A stretch of DNA of 64,000 bases from the human T2T-CHM13v2.0 reference genome, Homo sapiens: the NCBI RefSeq assembly GCF_009914755.1, contig NC_060948.1; one strand, written 5' to 3'. Shown here piece after piece: positions 30,232-45,082 of this stretch (position 1 is the stretch's first letter; each line of letters starts with the position of its first letter). A program made the translations under genes and the position numbers. Under the pieces are notes generated by a model. That model had not been told where the DNA came from. It saw only the letters and a program-made list of their open reading frames with translations, and searched no databases.

Positions 30232-30552
30232 AGAACTTCTAGAATTAAAAAAAAAATTACTGAAGAAACTTCAAAATACAGTTGGAAGCTTTTACAACAG
30301 ACTAGACCAAGTAGAAGAGAGGATTTCAGAGCTTAAAGACTAAACTTTCAAATTAACATAGACAAAAATTAAAAAAAATAATTTCAATAAACAAAGTTTT
30401 CAGGAATATGGGATTATGCAAAACATTCATACCTATGACTTCTTGATATCTCTGAGAAAAAAAAAGAAAAATAAAGCAACTTGAACAACATATTTGAGAA
30501 AATAATCCAGGAAAAATGTCCAACTTTGCTAGAGAAGTCAACATCTGGATAC

Positions 30553-30730
30553 AAGGTGTAGAAGAGAAAAGCAGCAAGATTCTGGAAGAGATAAACCACT
30601 GAGGAACTTAGAACTCTGTGGAAAGTGAAGGTAAGTGTGGTCTGCTCCCATCACTCTGGCAGCAATCTGCTGTCCAACTGTTGGAAAACCCCTATGCCCT
30701 TTCAATGCTGGGAAATGCTTTCAGTGGTGA
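30553..30730 (+). repeat. 178-bp direct copy of 26805-26982
   Basis: Ungapped manual alignment, about 15 mismatches. Confidence 0.93.
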
Positions 30731-31631
30731 GCACCTGTGGAAAACACCTATGAGATTCTACACAAGATGACCAACACCAAGGCATATAGTCATCAAACTA
30801 TCCAAGATCAGTATGAAAGAATAAATCTTAAAGGCAACAAGAGAAAATGGATAAATCACCAATAAAGGAAATTTTATCAGACTAACAAGAGGTCTCAGCA
30901 GAAACCTTACCACCCAGAAAAGATTGTGGACCTATTTTTAGCCTTCTTATGAAAAGAAAAATGCCAGCCAGGAATTACATATCCTGTGAAACTGATCTTT
31001 ATAAACGAAGGAGAAATGAAGTTCTTCCTGGATAAACAAACAAAAAGAGAATTTGTCATGATCAGACCAGGCTCCATTGAGTTATAAACAATGAAATAAA
31101 AGGATGGTACTTGCCAGCATAAATACACAAATTAGTACAACATTCACAGGTAATATAAATCAATTACACAATTGAGACTACAAAGTGTCTAGCTAAAAAC
31201 ACTATGACAGGAAAAAAAAAAACACCTCACATATCAGTGTTAACCTTGGACATGAATGGCCTAAATGCTCCACTCAAAAGACAACGTGAGATACAATTTA
31301 AAAAATAAGGCTTAACTTTCTTCTGTCTTCAGGTGATCCATCTCATGTGTAATGATAACCACAGGCCCAAAGTAGAGGGATGGATAAAGACCCCTAAGAC
31401 AAGTAATTGGAAAACCAAAAAGAGCAAGGGTTTCTATCTGATATCAGATAAAACAGACTTTAAACCAAAAAAAGTAAAAAAAGGCAAAGAATGTCATTAC
31501 ATAATGATAAAAGAGTCAATACAACCAGAAAATTTAATTATTCTAAATATATATGGACTCAACATTTGAGAATTCACATTTATAAAAGAATTACTGTTAG
31601 ACCTAAGAAAAGAGATAGACAGACATACAAT

Positions 31632-31662
31632 AATAGTGTAAAAATTTAATTTTTACACTATT
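31632..31662. repeat. Perfect 15-bp inverted repeat with 1-nt spacer
   Basis: aatagtgtaaaaatt-t-aatttttacactatt. Confidence 0.95.
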
Positions 31663-32310
31663 TTACACTAAAAATTAAATTTTTACTCATAAATTAAGAG
31701 AAGTAATCATTAAAGATATATAATACTAAAAGAAAAGAGTGAAATGAGAATGTATCTGTTTCATTACCGCAGCAACATGATATGGTTGCAGCTTTGGTTA
31801 TAATAAAATTTTAGTTGGAAAGGTCAACATGTGCAACACTTTAGAACTTTACCTTGTGTATATTTTTAATATTTTATAGTGAAATGTTTTGATGTTTTTT
31901 TGTAAAACAGTTACCTATTTTGTAGCTAATGATTTTTAATAATCTAGGCAAGTATTTAATAATCATTCACTCTAGGTTATTCATACAAAATCATTGTGCT
32001 TGAAAATGACCAATTTGACAGAAGAACAATAATTTTTGGCCATTTGTATCATTAGAAAATTTTAGCGGTTAATATAAATTTAATATTTTTCACATAGTTA
32101 TATAAAGAAGCATAATAATTTTTTAGTAACTCATATAATATGTCTAGTCATGTTGCTGGAATTCATGGAAGTATTAAATTGAACAATTTTGTTTTCTTCA
32201 GGAAATTTTCAGTCAATGCACAGTAAAAAATATCTAGGTGTAGTTTGATCTATTAATGATTACTTCTCCTAATTTAATTTTATGAGTTTGTATCAAATGT
32301 TAAGGAAGTT

Positions 32311-32335
32311 TGTGTGTGTGTGTGTGTGTGTGTGT
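32311..32335. repeat. (TG)n microsatellite
   Basis: Directly visible. Confidence 0.95.
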
Positions 32336-34111
32336 AAACTTTATGTGTGTTTCAAATACTGCAACTCTTGTTCTAAGAATACATGCACATACAACAGAAA
32401 TATCATTAATGCCATCTGAATTAACTTAGATATAAATTTTGTTGAATGCAGTGCTAAGAAAATAAGTAAAAGATGTATAATTTTAATTGGAAAAGATGCA
32501 GTAGCCAAATAAAACTGGTATTAAGATAGGAGGTGGAGCAAGATGGCAGCATAGAAGGCTCCGCTGATCATCCCCCCAAAAGTACACAAATTTTACAAAA
32601 ATCTACACAAGCAAAGCAGCTTCATAAGAACTAAAAATTAGGTGAGCACTCACAGTACCTGCTTTTAACTTTGTATCACTAAAAGAGGCACTGAAGAGGT
32701 AGAAAAAAAATCTTGAATCACCAATGCCACACTTCCCTCATTCTCCAGTAGCAGCAGTGTGGTGCAGAGAGAGCATTTCTGTGTGCTGGAGGAGGAAGAG
32801 CCAGCAATTGTGAGGCACTAAACTCAGTGTCATCCTGTTAGAGCAGAAAGGAAAACTGGACCACATTCAGCTGAAGCCCACACACACAGAAAGCATTTAA
32901 GCCAGCCTTAGACAAAGGGAAATTGCCAATTCCAGCAGCCTGAACTTAAGTTCCCACAAACCTTGCCACTGTGAGTTCAAGTGCTCTGGGTCTCTAAGCA
33001 AACTTTAAGAGCTGTCTAGGCCACAAGACTGCAACTCTTAGGTGCATCCTAGTGCTGAACTGAGCCAAGAGACAGAGGACTAGGGGAGCACAAAATCTAT
33101 TGAGTCAGCAACTGGGCAGCTGAGAAAGTGCTGGCATAACCCTTTCCCTAACCCAAGGCTGAACAACTCACAGCTCCAAGAGAGGCATTCCTTCTGCTTG
33201 AGTAAAGGAGAGGGAAGACTGGGCAAGACTTTATCTTGCATATCAGATACCAGCTCATCCACAACAGGATAAGGCACTGGTCAGAGTCATGAGCCCCTGT
33301 TCCAGGCCCTAGCTCATAGCTGACATTTCTAGACACACCCTGTGCTAGAGGGGAACCTGCTGTCTTGAAGGGGAGTACCTAGTCTTGGCAGCAATCATCA
33401 CCTGCTAAATGAAGAGCCTTTGGGCCCTGAGAAACCAGTAGTAATATCAAATGTATACTATGAGGGGCTTGTATGAGCATTTAAGACTTGCTAGCTTTAG
33501 GTATCAGCTAAACTACAGGAACGTAGAACACCAAGCAGAATCTTTGGGTTCAAATTTGCAAGACTTGAACCTTGACTGGCATTTCTGGACCTGCCCTGGG
33601 CCAGAGGAGAGCCTACTGTCCTGAAGGGTAACTCCTAGACTAGGCAGCATTACTGTAGTGTGACTTAAATTCCTTGGGCCTTAAGGAAACATTGGAAGTA
33701 CTCTGACAGTATCTCTCATGGAATTTTGGTGGCAGTAGTGATGGGTGAAGCTCTTTTGCCTTTGGAAAATGGAGGGAAGAGTGAGAAGAACAGCATCTTG
33801 TAGTTTGAAAGCAAGCTCAGACACAGCAGAATAGAATATCAGATAGACTTCTAAGGCTTTTAAGTTTATTCTCTGACTCCCAGGTGGCACGTCTGGACCC
33901 ACCTGGGGACTGGGAAAACCTGCTGTTTTGAAGAAAAAAAAACCTACCTGGCTGGCTTTGCCACCTGCTGATTGTATAGCCTCATGCTCTTGAGTGAACA
34001 TAGGCAGTGGCCAGGGAGGGGTTACAACAGGCCTTGGTCTGTGCCCAATGTAGTGCTGGGTTCAAGTCTGACCCAGCACAATAATAGTAGTAGTGACTAA
34101 GGAGTTGTTTG

Positions 34112-34998
34112 TCAACCCTACTAAAAAGTGGGCAAAGGACATGAACAGACACTTTGCAAAACAAGACATACATGCAGCCAACAAGCATATGGAAAAAAGC
34201 TCAAAAGTACTGATCATTGGAGAAATGCAAATCCAAACCATAACGAGATACCATTTCAAACCAGTCAGAATGGCTATTTTTAAAAAAGTCAAAACATAAC
34301 AGATGCTAGTGAAGTTGTAGAGAAAAAGAAGCACTTTTATACTGTTAGTGGGAGTATAAATTAGTTCAACCACTGCAGAAGAAAGTGTGGTGATTCCACA
34401 AAGACCTATAACCAGAAATGCCACTGGACCCAGAAATCCCATTACTGGGTATATACACAAAGGAATATAAATGGTTCTATTATAAAGACACATGCATGTG
34501 TATGTTCATTGCAGCACTATTCACTATCGCAAAGATAGGAAATCAACCAAAATGTTCATCAATAATAGACTGGATAAAGGAAATGTGATACATATACACC
34601 ATGGAAGTCTATGCAGCAATAAAAAATAATAAGATTATGTTCTTTCCAGGGACATAGATGGATCTGGTGGTCATTATTCTTAACAAACAAACACAGGAAA
34701 AGAAAACAAAATACTGCATGATCTCTCTTGTAAGTGGAGCTAAATGATGAAAACACACGGACACATGGATGGGAACAATACACACTGGGGCCTATGAGAG
34801 GGTGGAGGGTGGGAGGAGGAAGAGAATCAGAAAAAATAACTAACGGTTACTAGGATTAATATCTGGGTGATAAAATAATGAGTAAAACAGAACCCCATGC
34901 CAAAAGTTTACCTACTTAACAAACCTGCACGTGTGCTACTGAACTTAAAATAAAAGTTAAAAAAAGAAGAAACAAACAAACAAACAAAAATCCAAAAT
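34112..34998 (+). mobile_element. L1PA13-16-like 3' fragment nested in the L1MA 5'UTR
   Basis: ORF 34093..34299 (KKWAKDMNRHF); 3'UTR and A-rich tail; degenerate TSD taaggag..gtttg. Confidence 0.88.
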
Positions 34999-36449
34999 AA
35001 GGAGAAGTTTGCATCAATCCACCCCCAGCTTTAAGTGGCTCAGAACTGAGAGAGAGACTCCATTTGTTTGGGTGAAAGAAAGGGAAGAGAACACTTGGTA
35101 ATCTAGAGAATTCTACTCTAGAGAATTCTCCCAAATCATGTCCAAAATGATCAAGGTGATACCTCTATGAGTGTGGAAGAACCACAGTGTTACTTTACTA
35201 GGGTTGCCATTAAAACAGATATAGCATAAATCACAATACCCAGTTTCTTTTGAATATTAAGAAATACTCTCTAAGAAGAATGGGTAGACACAAACACAGA
35301 CCATGAAGACTTCAATAGATACATAACACATCAATGCCCAGACACGGATGAACATCCACAAACATAAGGATGTTTCAGCAAAACATAACCTCACCAAATG
35401 AACTAAATAAGCCACCAGGGAATAATCCTGCAGAAACAGAGTTATGTGACCTTTCTGACAGAATTCAAAATAGCTGTGTTGAAGAAACTCAAAAAAATTC
35501 AAGATACCACAGAAAAAGAAATCAGAAATCTATCAGATAAATTTGAAAGAGATGGAAATAATTTTTAAAAATCAAGCAGAAATCCTGAAGCTGGAAAATA
35601 AAGTATACATACTGAAAGAATTCATCAGAGCCTTTTAATGGCACAATTGATCAAGCAGAAGAAAAAAAATAGTGAGAGTGAAGATAGGATATTTGCAAAT
35701 ACACGGGGGAGAGAAGAAAAGTAAGAAGCAATGAAGCACATCTACAGGATTCAGAAAATAGCCTCAAAATGACAAATCTCAGAGTTGGTGTCCTTAAAGA
35801 GGAGGTAGAGAGATAGGAGTGGAAAGTGTATTCAAAGGCATAATAACAAAAACTTCCCCAATCAACAGAAAGATACTTATATCCAAGTATAAGAAGATTA
35901 TAGAACAGCAAGCAGATTTAACCCAAAGAAGACTACCTCAAGGTCTTTAGTAATTAAACTTCTAGAGATCAAAGATAAAGAAATAGTTCTAAAAAAAAAA
36001 GGCAATAGAGCAAAAAAACTGAAATAAAATGGAGCTCCAATACGCCTGGCAGGAGAATTTTTATTAGAAATGTTAGAACGTTGTCACGTATTTAAAATGC
36101 TGAAGGAAAACAAAAAAAGCTTTTACTTTAGCATAGTATATCCAGTGAAAATATTATTTAAAAATGAAGAATAAATAAAGACTTTCCAAGACAAATGTCA
36201 ACTGAAAAATTTTATCAACACCAGACCTGACCTAAAAGAAGTGCTAAATGGAATACTTCAATCAGAAAGAAATGGATGTTAATGAGCAGTAAGTAATCAC
36301 TTGAAGGTAGAAAACTCACTGGTATTAGAAAGTACACAAAAAAACACAGAATATTATAACACTGTAACTGTGGTGTGCAAACTACTCTTATCCTAAATGA
36401 AAAGAGTAAATGATAAACCAACAAAAAATAATAACTAAAACAACCTTTT

Positions 36450-37412
36450 TTTTTCAAAAAGTGGTATAGTATTGGACCATCATTTAAGTCTTTCAAAAGG
36501 ATACTGATTACATAAGTCATAATATACAATTGGCTATCCATTTCCATGGGTTCCACATCCACTGATTCAACCAACCACAAATGGAAAATATTTTAAAAAT
36601 AAGAATACAATAATAAAAATAATGCAAATTTTAAAACAATACAGTACAGCAATTATTTATATAGCACTTACATTGTTCTCATTTTTTTTTTATTCTGAAA
36701 ACATTTGTTGGGAGTGCCCTTGTGCCACATAGATTTTATTTTTCCAAAGATGGTTGCAGTTGTATCTTCCATTCCACATACTGTTCTAAAATGCATTCTT
36801 TTTTTTTTTAATTATACTTTAAGTTTTAGGGTACATATGCACAACGTGCAGGTTTGTTACATATGTATACATGTGCCATGTTGGTGTGCTGCACCCATTA
36901 ACTCCTCATTTAACATTAGGTATATTTCCTAATGCTATCCCTTCCCCCTCCCCCCACCCCAAAACAGACCCTGGTGTGTGATGTTCCCCTTCCTGTGTCC
37001 ATGTGTTCTCACTGTTCAGTTCCCACCTATGAGTGAGAACATGCGGTGTTTGGTTTTTTGTCTTTGTGATAGTTTGCTGAGAATGATGGTTTCCAGCTTC
37101 ATCCACGTCCCTACAAAGGACATGAACTCATCCCTTTTTATGGCTGCATAGTATTCCATGGTGTATATGTGTCACATTTTCTTAATCCAGTCCATCATTG
37201 TTGGACATTTGGGTTGGTTCCAAGTCTTTGCTATTGTGAATAGTGCCGCAATAAACATACATGTGCATGTGTCTTTATAGCAGCATGATTTACAATCCTT
37301 TGGGTATATACCCAGTAATGGGATTGCTGGGTCAAATGGTATTTCTAGTTCTAGATCCCTGAGGAATCGCCACACTGACTTCCACAATGGTTGAACTAGT
37401 TTACAGTCCCAC
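36450..37412 (-). mobile_element. 5'-truncated L1PA (36799-37412) carrying a 3' transduction (36455-36798)
   Basis: TSD ctaaaacaac(c/a)tttt at 36435-36449 and 37413-37427 encloses both parts. Confidence 0.88.
36524..36676. mobile_element. MER2-like (TcMar-Tigger) fragment inside the transduced DNA
   Basis: tccatgggttccacatcc..gattcaaccaacc...tatagcacttacattgt. Confidence 0.75.
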
Positions 37413-40400
37413 CTAAAACAACATTTTAAGACATACACGGTAGAATAAGATATAAATTAAAATAACAAAAAGTTAAAAAATAGGGGGACAAAGTTAAGGT
37501 GCAGAGAATTCTTAATTTTTTTGCACGTTTGTGTTGTATGCAAATAGTTAAGTTGTTATCAAGTTAAAATAATGCATTCTAAGGTAATATTTTCAAACCT
37601 CATGGTAACATAAAAAAACATACAAAAAATACACATAAAATAAAAATCAAGAAACTAAATCATATAGTCATAGAAAATGAACTTCACTAAAGAAATACAG
37701 AAAGAAATGAAAAAAGGACAAACCAACAAGAAAACAAGTAACAAAATAGCAGGAGTAAGTCCTTACTTCTCAGTAATAACTTTTAATGTAAATGGACTAA
37801 ACTTTCCAATCAAAAGACATAGAGTGGCTTAATGTATGAAAAAACAAGACCTACTGATTTATCACCTGCAAGAGATACACTTCATCTATAAATACACATA
37901 TATATTGAAAGAAAGAGATGGAAAAAGCTATTCTATGCCAATGGAAATAAAAATAGAGCAGGAGTCACTATACTTACATCAGTAAAAAATAGATTTAAAG
38001 ATATAAACTGTGAGACAAGACAAAGACGTTTACATGATAAAGGGGTTAATTGAGCAAGAAGATAAATGAAATATATATATGCATCCAACCTTGGAACACT
38101 CAGATATATGAAGCAAATATTGTTAGAGCTAAAGAGAGAGATAGGCCCCAATACAATAATAGCTGGAGACATAAACCCCCCACTTTCAGCAATGAAACAA
38201 TTTTCCAGAGAGAAAGAAGAAAAAAAAATAAGAAACATGGGACTTAATCTGCACTATGGACCAAATGAATCTAATAGATATGTACAGAACATTTCATCTG
38301 ACAGCTGCAGAATTCACATTCTTTTCCTCAGCACATGGATTATTCCCAAGAATAAACCATATATAAGGTCACAAAACATCTTTAAAAATTCAAAAAAATT
38401 AGATAGTATCAAGCATCATCTCTGACCCCAATGGAATGAAACTACAAATCAATAACAGGAGCAATTTTGGAAACTATAAAAATACATGGAAATTAAATAG
38501 GATGCTCCTGGATGGCCAGTGGGTCAATGAAGATATTAAGTAGAAAATTGAAAAATATTTTGTGACAAATAATAATGGAAATACAACATATCAAAACCTA
38601 CTGGGTAGAGCAAAAGCAGTACTCAGAGGGAAGTTTATAAGTACCTAAAAATGGGGAAAAACTTCAAATAAACAATCTAACAATGCATCTTAAAGAACTA
38701 GAAAGGCAACAGCAAACAAAACCCAAAATTACTAGAAGATAAGAAATAATAAGATCAGAATAAATAAATGAAATTGAAATAAAAAATAATACAAAAGATC
38801 AATGAAACAAAAAGTTGCCTTTTTGAAAAGTTAAACAAGATTGACAAAAATTTAGTCAGACTAAGAAAAGAGACAATCCAAATAAATAAAACCAAAAATG
38901 AATAAAAAGAGACATTACAACTGGCACTGCATAAATTCAAATGCAAATTTTATTTATCATATTTATTTATCATCAGTGGCTACTATGAGAATCTATATGG
39001 CAATAAATTGGAAAATACCTAGACACATACAGCCTACCAAGATTGAACCAGAAAGAAATCCAAAACCTGAACAGACCAGTATAAAGTAAAAAGATCAAAG
39101 CCATAATAACATGTCTCCCACTAAAGAAAATCCAGGGACCTGATGGCTTCCCTGGTGAATTCTACCAAACACTTAAAGAAGAACTAAAACCAATCTGACT
39201 CAATATTTTCTGAAAAATAGAAGAGGAGGAAATCCTTCCTAACTCACTCTACAATGCCAGTATTACCTTTATACAAAAAAACAGACAAAGACACATCAAA
39301 AAACAATACTACAAGCCAATATCTCTGATAAATTTTGATGCAAAAATGCGCAACAAAATACTAACAAACCACATTCAACGATACATTACAAAGATAATTC
39401 ATCAAGACCAAGCAATGTTTATCTCTGGGATGCAAGGATGGTTCAAAATACACTCTTCAATCAATGTGATACATCATATCAACAGAATGAAAGATAAAAA
39501 CCATATGAACATCTTAATTTATGATGAAAAAGCATTTGATAAAATTCATCATCTCTTTATAATAAAAACTGTCAAAAAACTGAGTAGATAATAAACATAC
39601 CTCAGCATAATTAAAGCCATATATGACAGACACATAGCTAGTATCATACTGAATGGGGAATAAAACCAAAAAACTTTCCTCTAAGATCTGGAACATAATA
39701 AGAATGTCCACTTTCACCACTGTTATTCAACATAGTACTAGGAGTCCTAGCTAGAGCAGTCAGACAAGAGAAAGATCTAAAGAGCATCCAAATCAGAAAG
39801 AAATGTCAAATTATACTTGTTTGCAAATAACATGATCTTATGTTTGAAAAATCTTAAAGACTTCATAAGAAAACTATTAGAAGTGATAAAACAATTTCAG
39901 CAAAGATGCAGGATATGAAATCAATGTATAAAAATCATTAGCATTTGTATACGCCAATAGTGAAAAACCTGAAAAAGAAATAAAAAAGAAATTCAATTTA
40001 CAATAGCCACAACTAAAATTACATATCTAGAATTTACCAAAGTGAAAGGTCTCTGTAATAAAAACTATAAAACACTGATGAAATAAATTGAAGAGGACAC
40101 CAAAAATGGAAAAATATTTTATATTGATAGATTGGAAGAATCAATATTGTTAACATGTCCATACTACTCAAAGCAATCCTAAAGATTCAATGCAATCCCT
40201 AACAAAGTACCAATGGTATTTTTCACAGAAACAGAAAAAAAAATCCTAAAATTTATATGAAACCACAAAAACCCAGAATAGCCAAGCTCTCCTGAGCAAA
40301 AAGAAAAAAATTGAAAAAAATCACATTACCTAACTTCATATTATACTTCAGATCTATATAACCAAAACAGCATGGTAGTGGCATAAAAACAGATACATAG

Positions 40401-42114
40401 ACCAATGGTACAGAATGGAGAACCCAGAAGGAAATTCACACACTTACAGTAAACCCACTTTCAAGAAATTTGCCAAGAACATACACTGGGGAATAGTCAG
40501 TCTTTTCAATTAATGGTTCTGGGAAAAATGGATCTCCATATAGAGAAGAATGAAACTACATCCCTGTCTCTCTTCATATATAGAAATCAAATCAAAATGG
40601 ATTAAAAACTAAAATCTGAGACTGCAAACTGTAAAACTACTACAAGAAAACATTGGGGAAAAATCTCCAAGACACTGGTCTCGGCAAGGTTTCTTGAGCA
40701 ATACCCCACAAGCACAGGCAACTAACCAAAAATGAAAAAATGGGATCACATTAAGGTTAAAACTTTATGTACAACAAAGTAAACAATCAACATGTTAAAG
40801 AAACAACCAACAGAATGGGAGACAATATTTGAAACCTACCAATCTGTCAAAGGATTAATAAAGGTAATATATGAAAAGCTCAAACAACCCTATAGAAATA
40901 AATCTAATAATATGATTTTTAAAATGGGCAAAATATTTGAATACACATTTCTCAAAGAAGACATAGAAATGGCAAACAAGCATATTAAAAGTTGGTCAAC
41001 ATAATTGATCATCAGCGAAATGCAAATCAAAACTACAATGAGATATTATCTTTCCCCAGTTAAAATGGCTTATATCCAAAAGACAGGTAATAACAAATGC
41101 TGGAGAGGATGTGCATAAATGAGAATCCTCATACACCATTGAGTGGAATGTAAATTAATATGAGCACTATGGAGAATAGTTTGGAAGTTCCTCAAAAAAA
41201 TAAAAATAGAGCTACCATATGATCCAGCAATCACATGGCTGTGTATATACCCAGAAGAAAGAAAACCAGTATCTCAAAGTGATATCTGTACTCCTGTTTG
41301 TTGCATCACTGTTCACAATAGCCAAGTTTTGAAAGCAACCTAAGTGTCCATTAACAGATGAATGTATAAAAAAATGTGGCACATATACACAATAGAGAAC
41401 TATTTAGATCAAAAAAGAATGAGATCCACTCATTTGGAACAACATGGATGGAACTGGAGATCATTATGTTAAGTGAAATAAGCCAGGCGCAGAAAGAAAA
41501 ACATCACATATTCTCACTTATTTGTGGGATCCTAAAATCAAAACAATTAAACTTATGAACATAGACAGTAGAAGGTTGGTTACCAGAGTCTAGGAAAGAT
41601 AGTTGGGGGCTTGCGGGGAGGTGGGGTGGTTAATGGGTACAAAAAATAGAAAGAATGAATAAGACCTACTATTTGATAGCACACCAGGTTGACTATAGTC
41701 AATTATAATTTAATTTTACATTTTAAAATAAGTGAAAGTATATAATTGGATTGTTTGTAACACAAAAGATAAATGCTTGAGGAGATGGATAGCCAATTTT
41801 CTATGATGTGATTATTATGCATTGCATACCTGTATCAGAACATGACATGTGCCCCACAAATATGTACACCTACAATATACACACAAAAATTGAAAATATT
41901 TTTAAATAAAATGAAACAGTTATTAAAAGTAAAAAAGGAAATAGTTCCCATATCACACACTTTAAGTTTTACATACATATTCTTATAATGGTAGAGAATA
42001 AAATCAGAATCAATTTTAGAATTCCAGGAGTGGTGTGCATTTATGTCCCCAATCCTCCTCTCCCATTCCACCCCGACTTCTGCCAGTGAGGTTAAAAATA
42101 GATGGTAATGTTAA

Positions 42115-42320
42115 TGTGGTTCAGTGGACAGAATATGAATTTGGAGTCTGAATGATCTTGATTTAAATATGTAATAAAGGAAATGTGTTACATATATACA
42201 ATGGAATATATCTGGATCTGATCTGGATTTGAATATTAGTCCTCCCACCAACTGGCTGTATCTTGGACAAGATAAATTTTTTCAATCTTAGGTTTCTCAC
42301 CTATAAGTAAAAATGATGAA
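42115..42320 (+). mobile_element. MIR remnant
   Basis: ttggagtctga...tcttggacaag...ggtttctcacctataa core. Confidence 0.6.
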
Positions 42321-42753
42321 TTGAATAGGTGCTCAGTAATTATAAATTTCTATTCCAGATGTACCTATTATTGTGAGGTAGTTGTAGAAAAGAAATAATT
42401 TCTAAGGTATTATATTTTGCTTTGGACATAGTTTTAGTTTTTCATTTATTTTCTGGACATGTTTTATAAAAAGTAAACAGGGAAAACCTTAGATACCACG
42501 TGAAAATATGGGAGGATAGAGATTAGAGAATCAAATTGCTAAGCTAAAGATGTCTTATCTGCACACAGAAAGATCAATTTGTTCAGAAAAACAAAGGAAT
42601 TTCCTAGCACATTATTAAATAAGTTCAAAATATTATTTAAAAGGAAAAAAAAAACAAAACACCAGACTTTAATAAACTAGTTTGAAAAAGAAAAGTTATT
42701 AATTGGCTTAAAAATAAATATAGTCTACATCTGACATTTTAAAGACCATGATG

Positions 42754-43056
<303 letters not shown>

Positions 43057-43209
43057 TACCATGATGGATATTATTGGGAATGATTATATGTTTATATTTT
43101 TAAAACTTACTTCTTTTGATATGAAAGCCCATTGGTAGAAATGAGTTTTTCTTTTATTCAAAATAATCATAAGATCAATCTTGAAAACTTTGCTTAAGAT
43201 GTATTTATG

Positions 43210-43497
<288 letters not shown>

Positions 43498-44454
43498 GAT
43501 ATTTTTATGGTGTACCTTAAATATAGTTTTATGTTACTTTCTTGGCGGAAAGTGTTTAGCTGAATACAGATGGTAATAACAGAATGGGTCGTTTATTTAG
43601 TTTGTAGTACACCCTGGATATGTTTCTGAAATATCAAAAAGCTTTCAGTTAATCTGTAAGTGTAAGATGATTATAGAAGAAAACAGCTGTTACCTATCTT
43701 TTTCTCCCACTCACAGGAGTATTACAGTCAATTTTGTTTTCTTTCTATGCCTGATTGAGATGATTACTCAAAAAGTAGGTGCTAATGATGCAAGTTTAAA
43801 CCAGGTACTGCTTCTCTCCAAGTAACTTTTCTCCAAGTGTATGATTTTAGATTTTGAAAGCTGCACATGCTCTAAGTGTCACAGATGATTTGTCTGAAAT
43901 AACACTTTACCCACTTAAACTCTGGAGTTTTAATCTTGGGTGAAGAACAGATTCATAATTTCACTTGAAAAAATAAGACTTTTTTTAAGAATAGAGACTA
44001 TTTTGACTTTTAGACTGGTGGAAAACTTTTTCAGAGATCTAAATAAACACTAAGCTAGCCCCTGGGATAAAATCTTCGCTGTAGCCCCTGGGATAAACGT
44101 ATGATGAAGAACAGTGATAATAATGGGATGAATAAAGAGGTAACTGTCTTGAACTTTTTCACCTGCATAATTGAGGCATCGCTTAGGATTGTCTAGACAT
44201 GTGGAAATAATCTTCAGTGTTAGGTTTTACTTCAATGTTGTTGCATATGTGTTTGACAGAGAAAGTTTGCACTGTAGCTACTTTTGATTTTTCAAGAATA
44301 ATTAAGCACCTTCACATTCTTCTCAGCCTTTGCATACCTATTGTCCGCTTTACTGATGATTAGTATCTTCACCAGAAAGCAGATAAGAATGGAGAAACAT
44401 GATTAAATTTAAATGTATAAATTCCATGTGTAGTTTCTTGAATACTTTAGAAAT

Positions 44455-44633
44455 CAATGCCTTGCAACCTTGGCTGCAGATTATAATCAACTGGGGAGCT
44501 TAAAAAATCTCTAATTCTCAGACTGCTCCCCGGTCCAATAAAATCAGATTTCTATTTGTGGGACCCAGACATCAGTAAATTTTAAAGTCTTCCAGGGAAT
44601 CAACTGTGCAGCGAATTAAGAAACCCTGCTCTA
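44455..44633. mobile_element. MER5A-like hAT MITE
   Basis: aaccttggctgca..aatca.ctggggagcttaaaaaa...aagaaaccctgctcta. Confidence 0.75.
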
Positions 44634-44779
44634 AGTCTTTTGAAGATTTAAGAAAAGCTTAGGTCAGTTTCATTTCTAATGGCAAGTTCTTTTTTATTGC
44701 ATTTTTACATGCTTTCTAACTTATACGTTTATGACTGTTTCTAGTTTGATAATTTTAATTGAAATTGTTTCCAATGTTA

Positions 44780-45082
44780 TACATTGCTCAAATGTCATCT
44801 TTTCAGAAAGGCCATCTCTGACCATCCTAAAATAGTCACCAACATACATTATCCTCTATCATCTTGACTTATTTTATGTTTATTCATAGTACTCATTACT
44901 ATATAACATTTGGTTAGGCATTAATCTCTTTATTGTTCATTCTCTGTCATCCCTGTCCTCTTCATTAGAATTTAAACTCCATAATGAAAAGCCTTCTGAT
45001 TTGTTCAATACTACATCCTACATACCTGGAGCAGTGTCTGACACATAATAGATACTTAATAAGTATTTGTAGAATAAATAAC
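44780..45082 (+). mobile_element. L2 3' end
   Basis: ctcaaatgtcatctt.tcagaaaggcc...cagtgtctgacacataata...aataagtatttgt.gaata. Confidence 0.8.

Larger units (their letters stand above)
32529..41910 (+). mobile_element. Essentially full-length decayed L1MA (L1MA2/3-like)
   Basis: ggaggtggagcaagatggc start, long 5'UTR, ORF1 and ORF2 remnants (e.g. 39346..39591 [16 protein letters not shown]), L1MA 3'UTR. Confidence 0.92.

Noticed and set aside
44056-44097. Direct repeat tagcccctgggataaa x2 with a short spacer
   Set aside because: Only two copies; an ordinary micro-duplication, not an array or CRISPR
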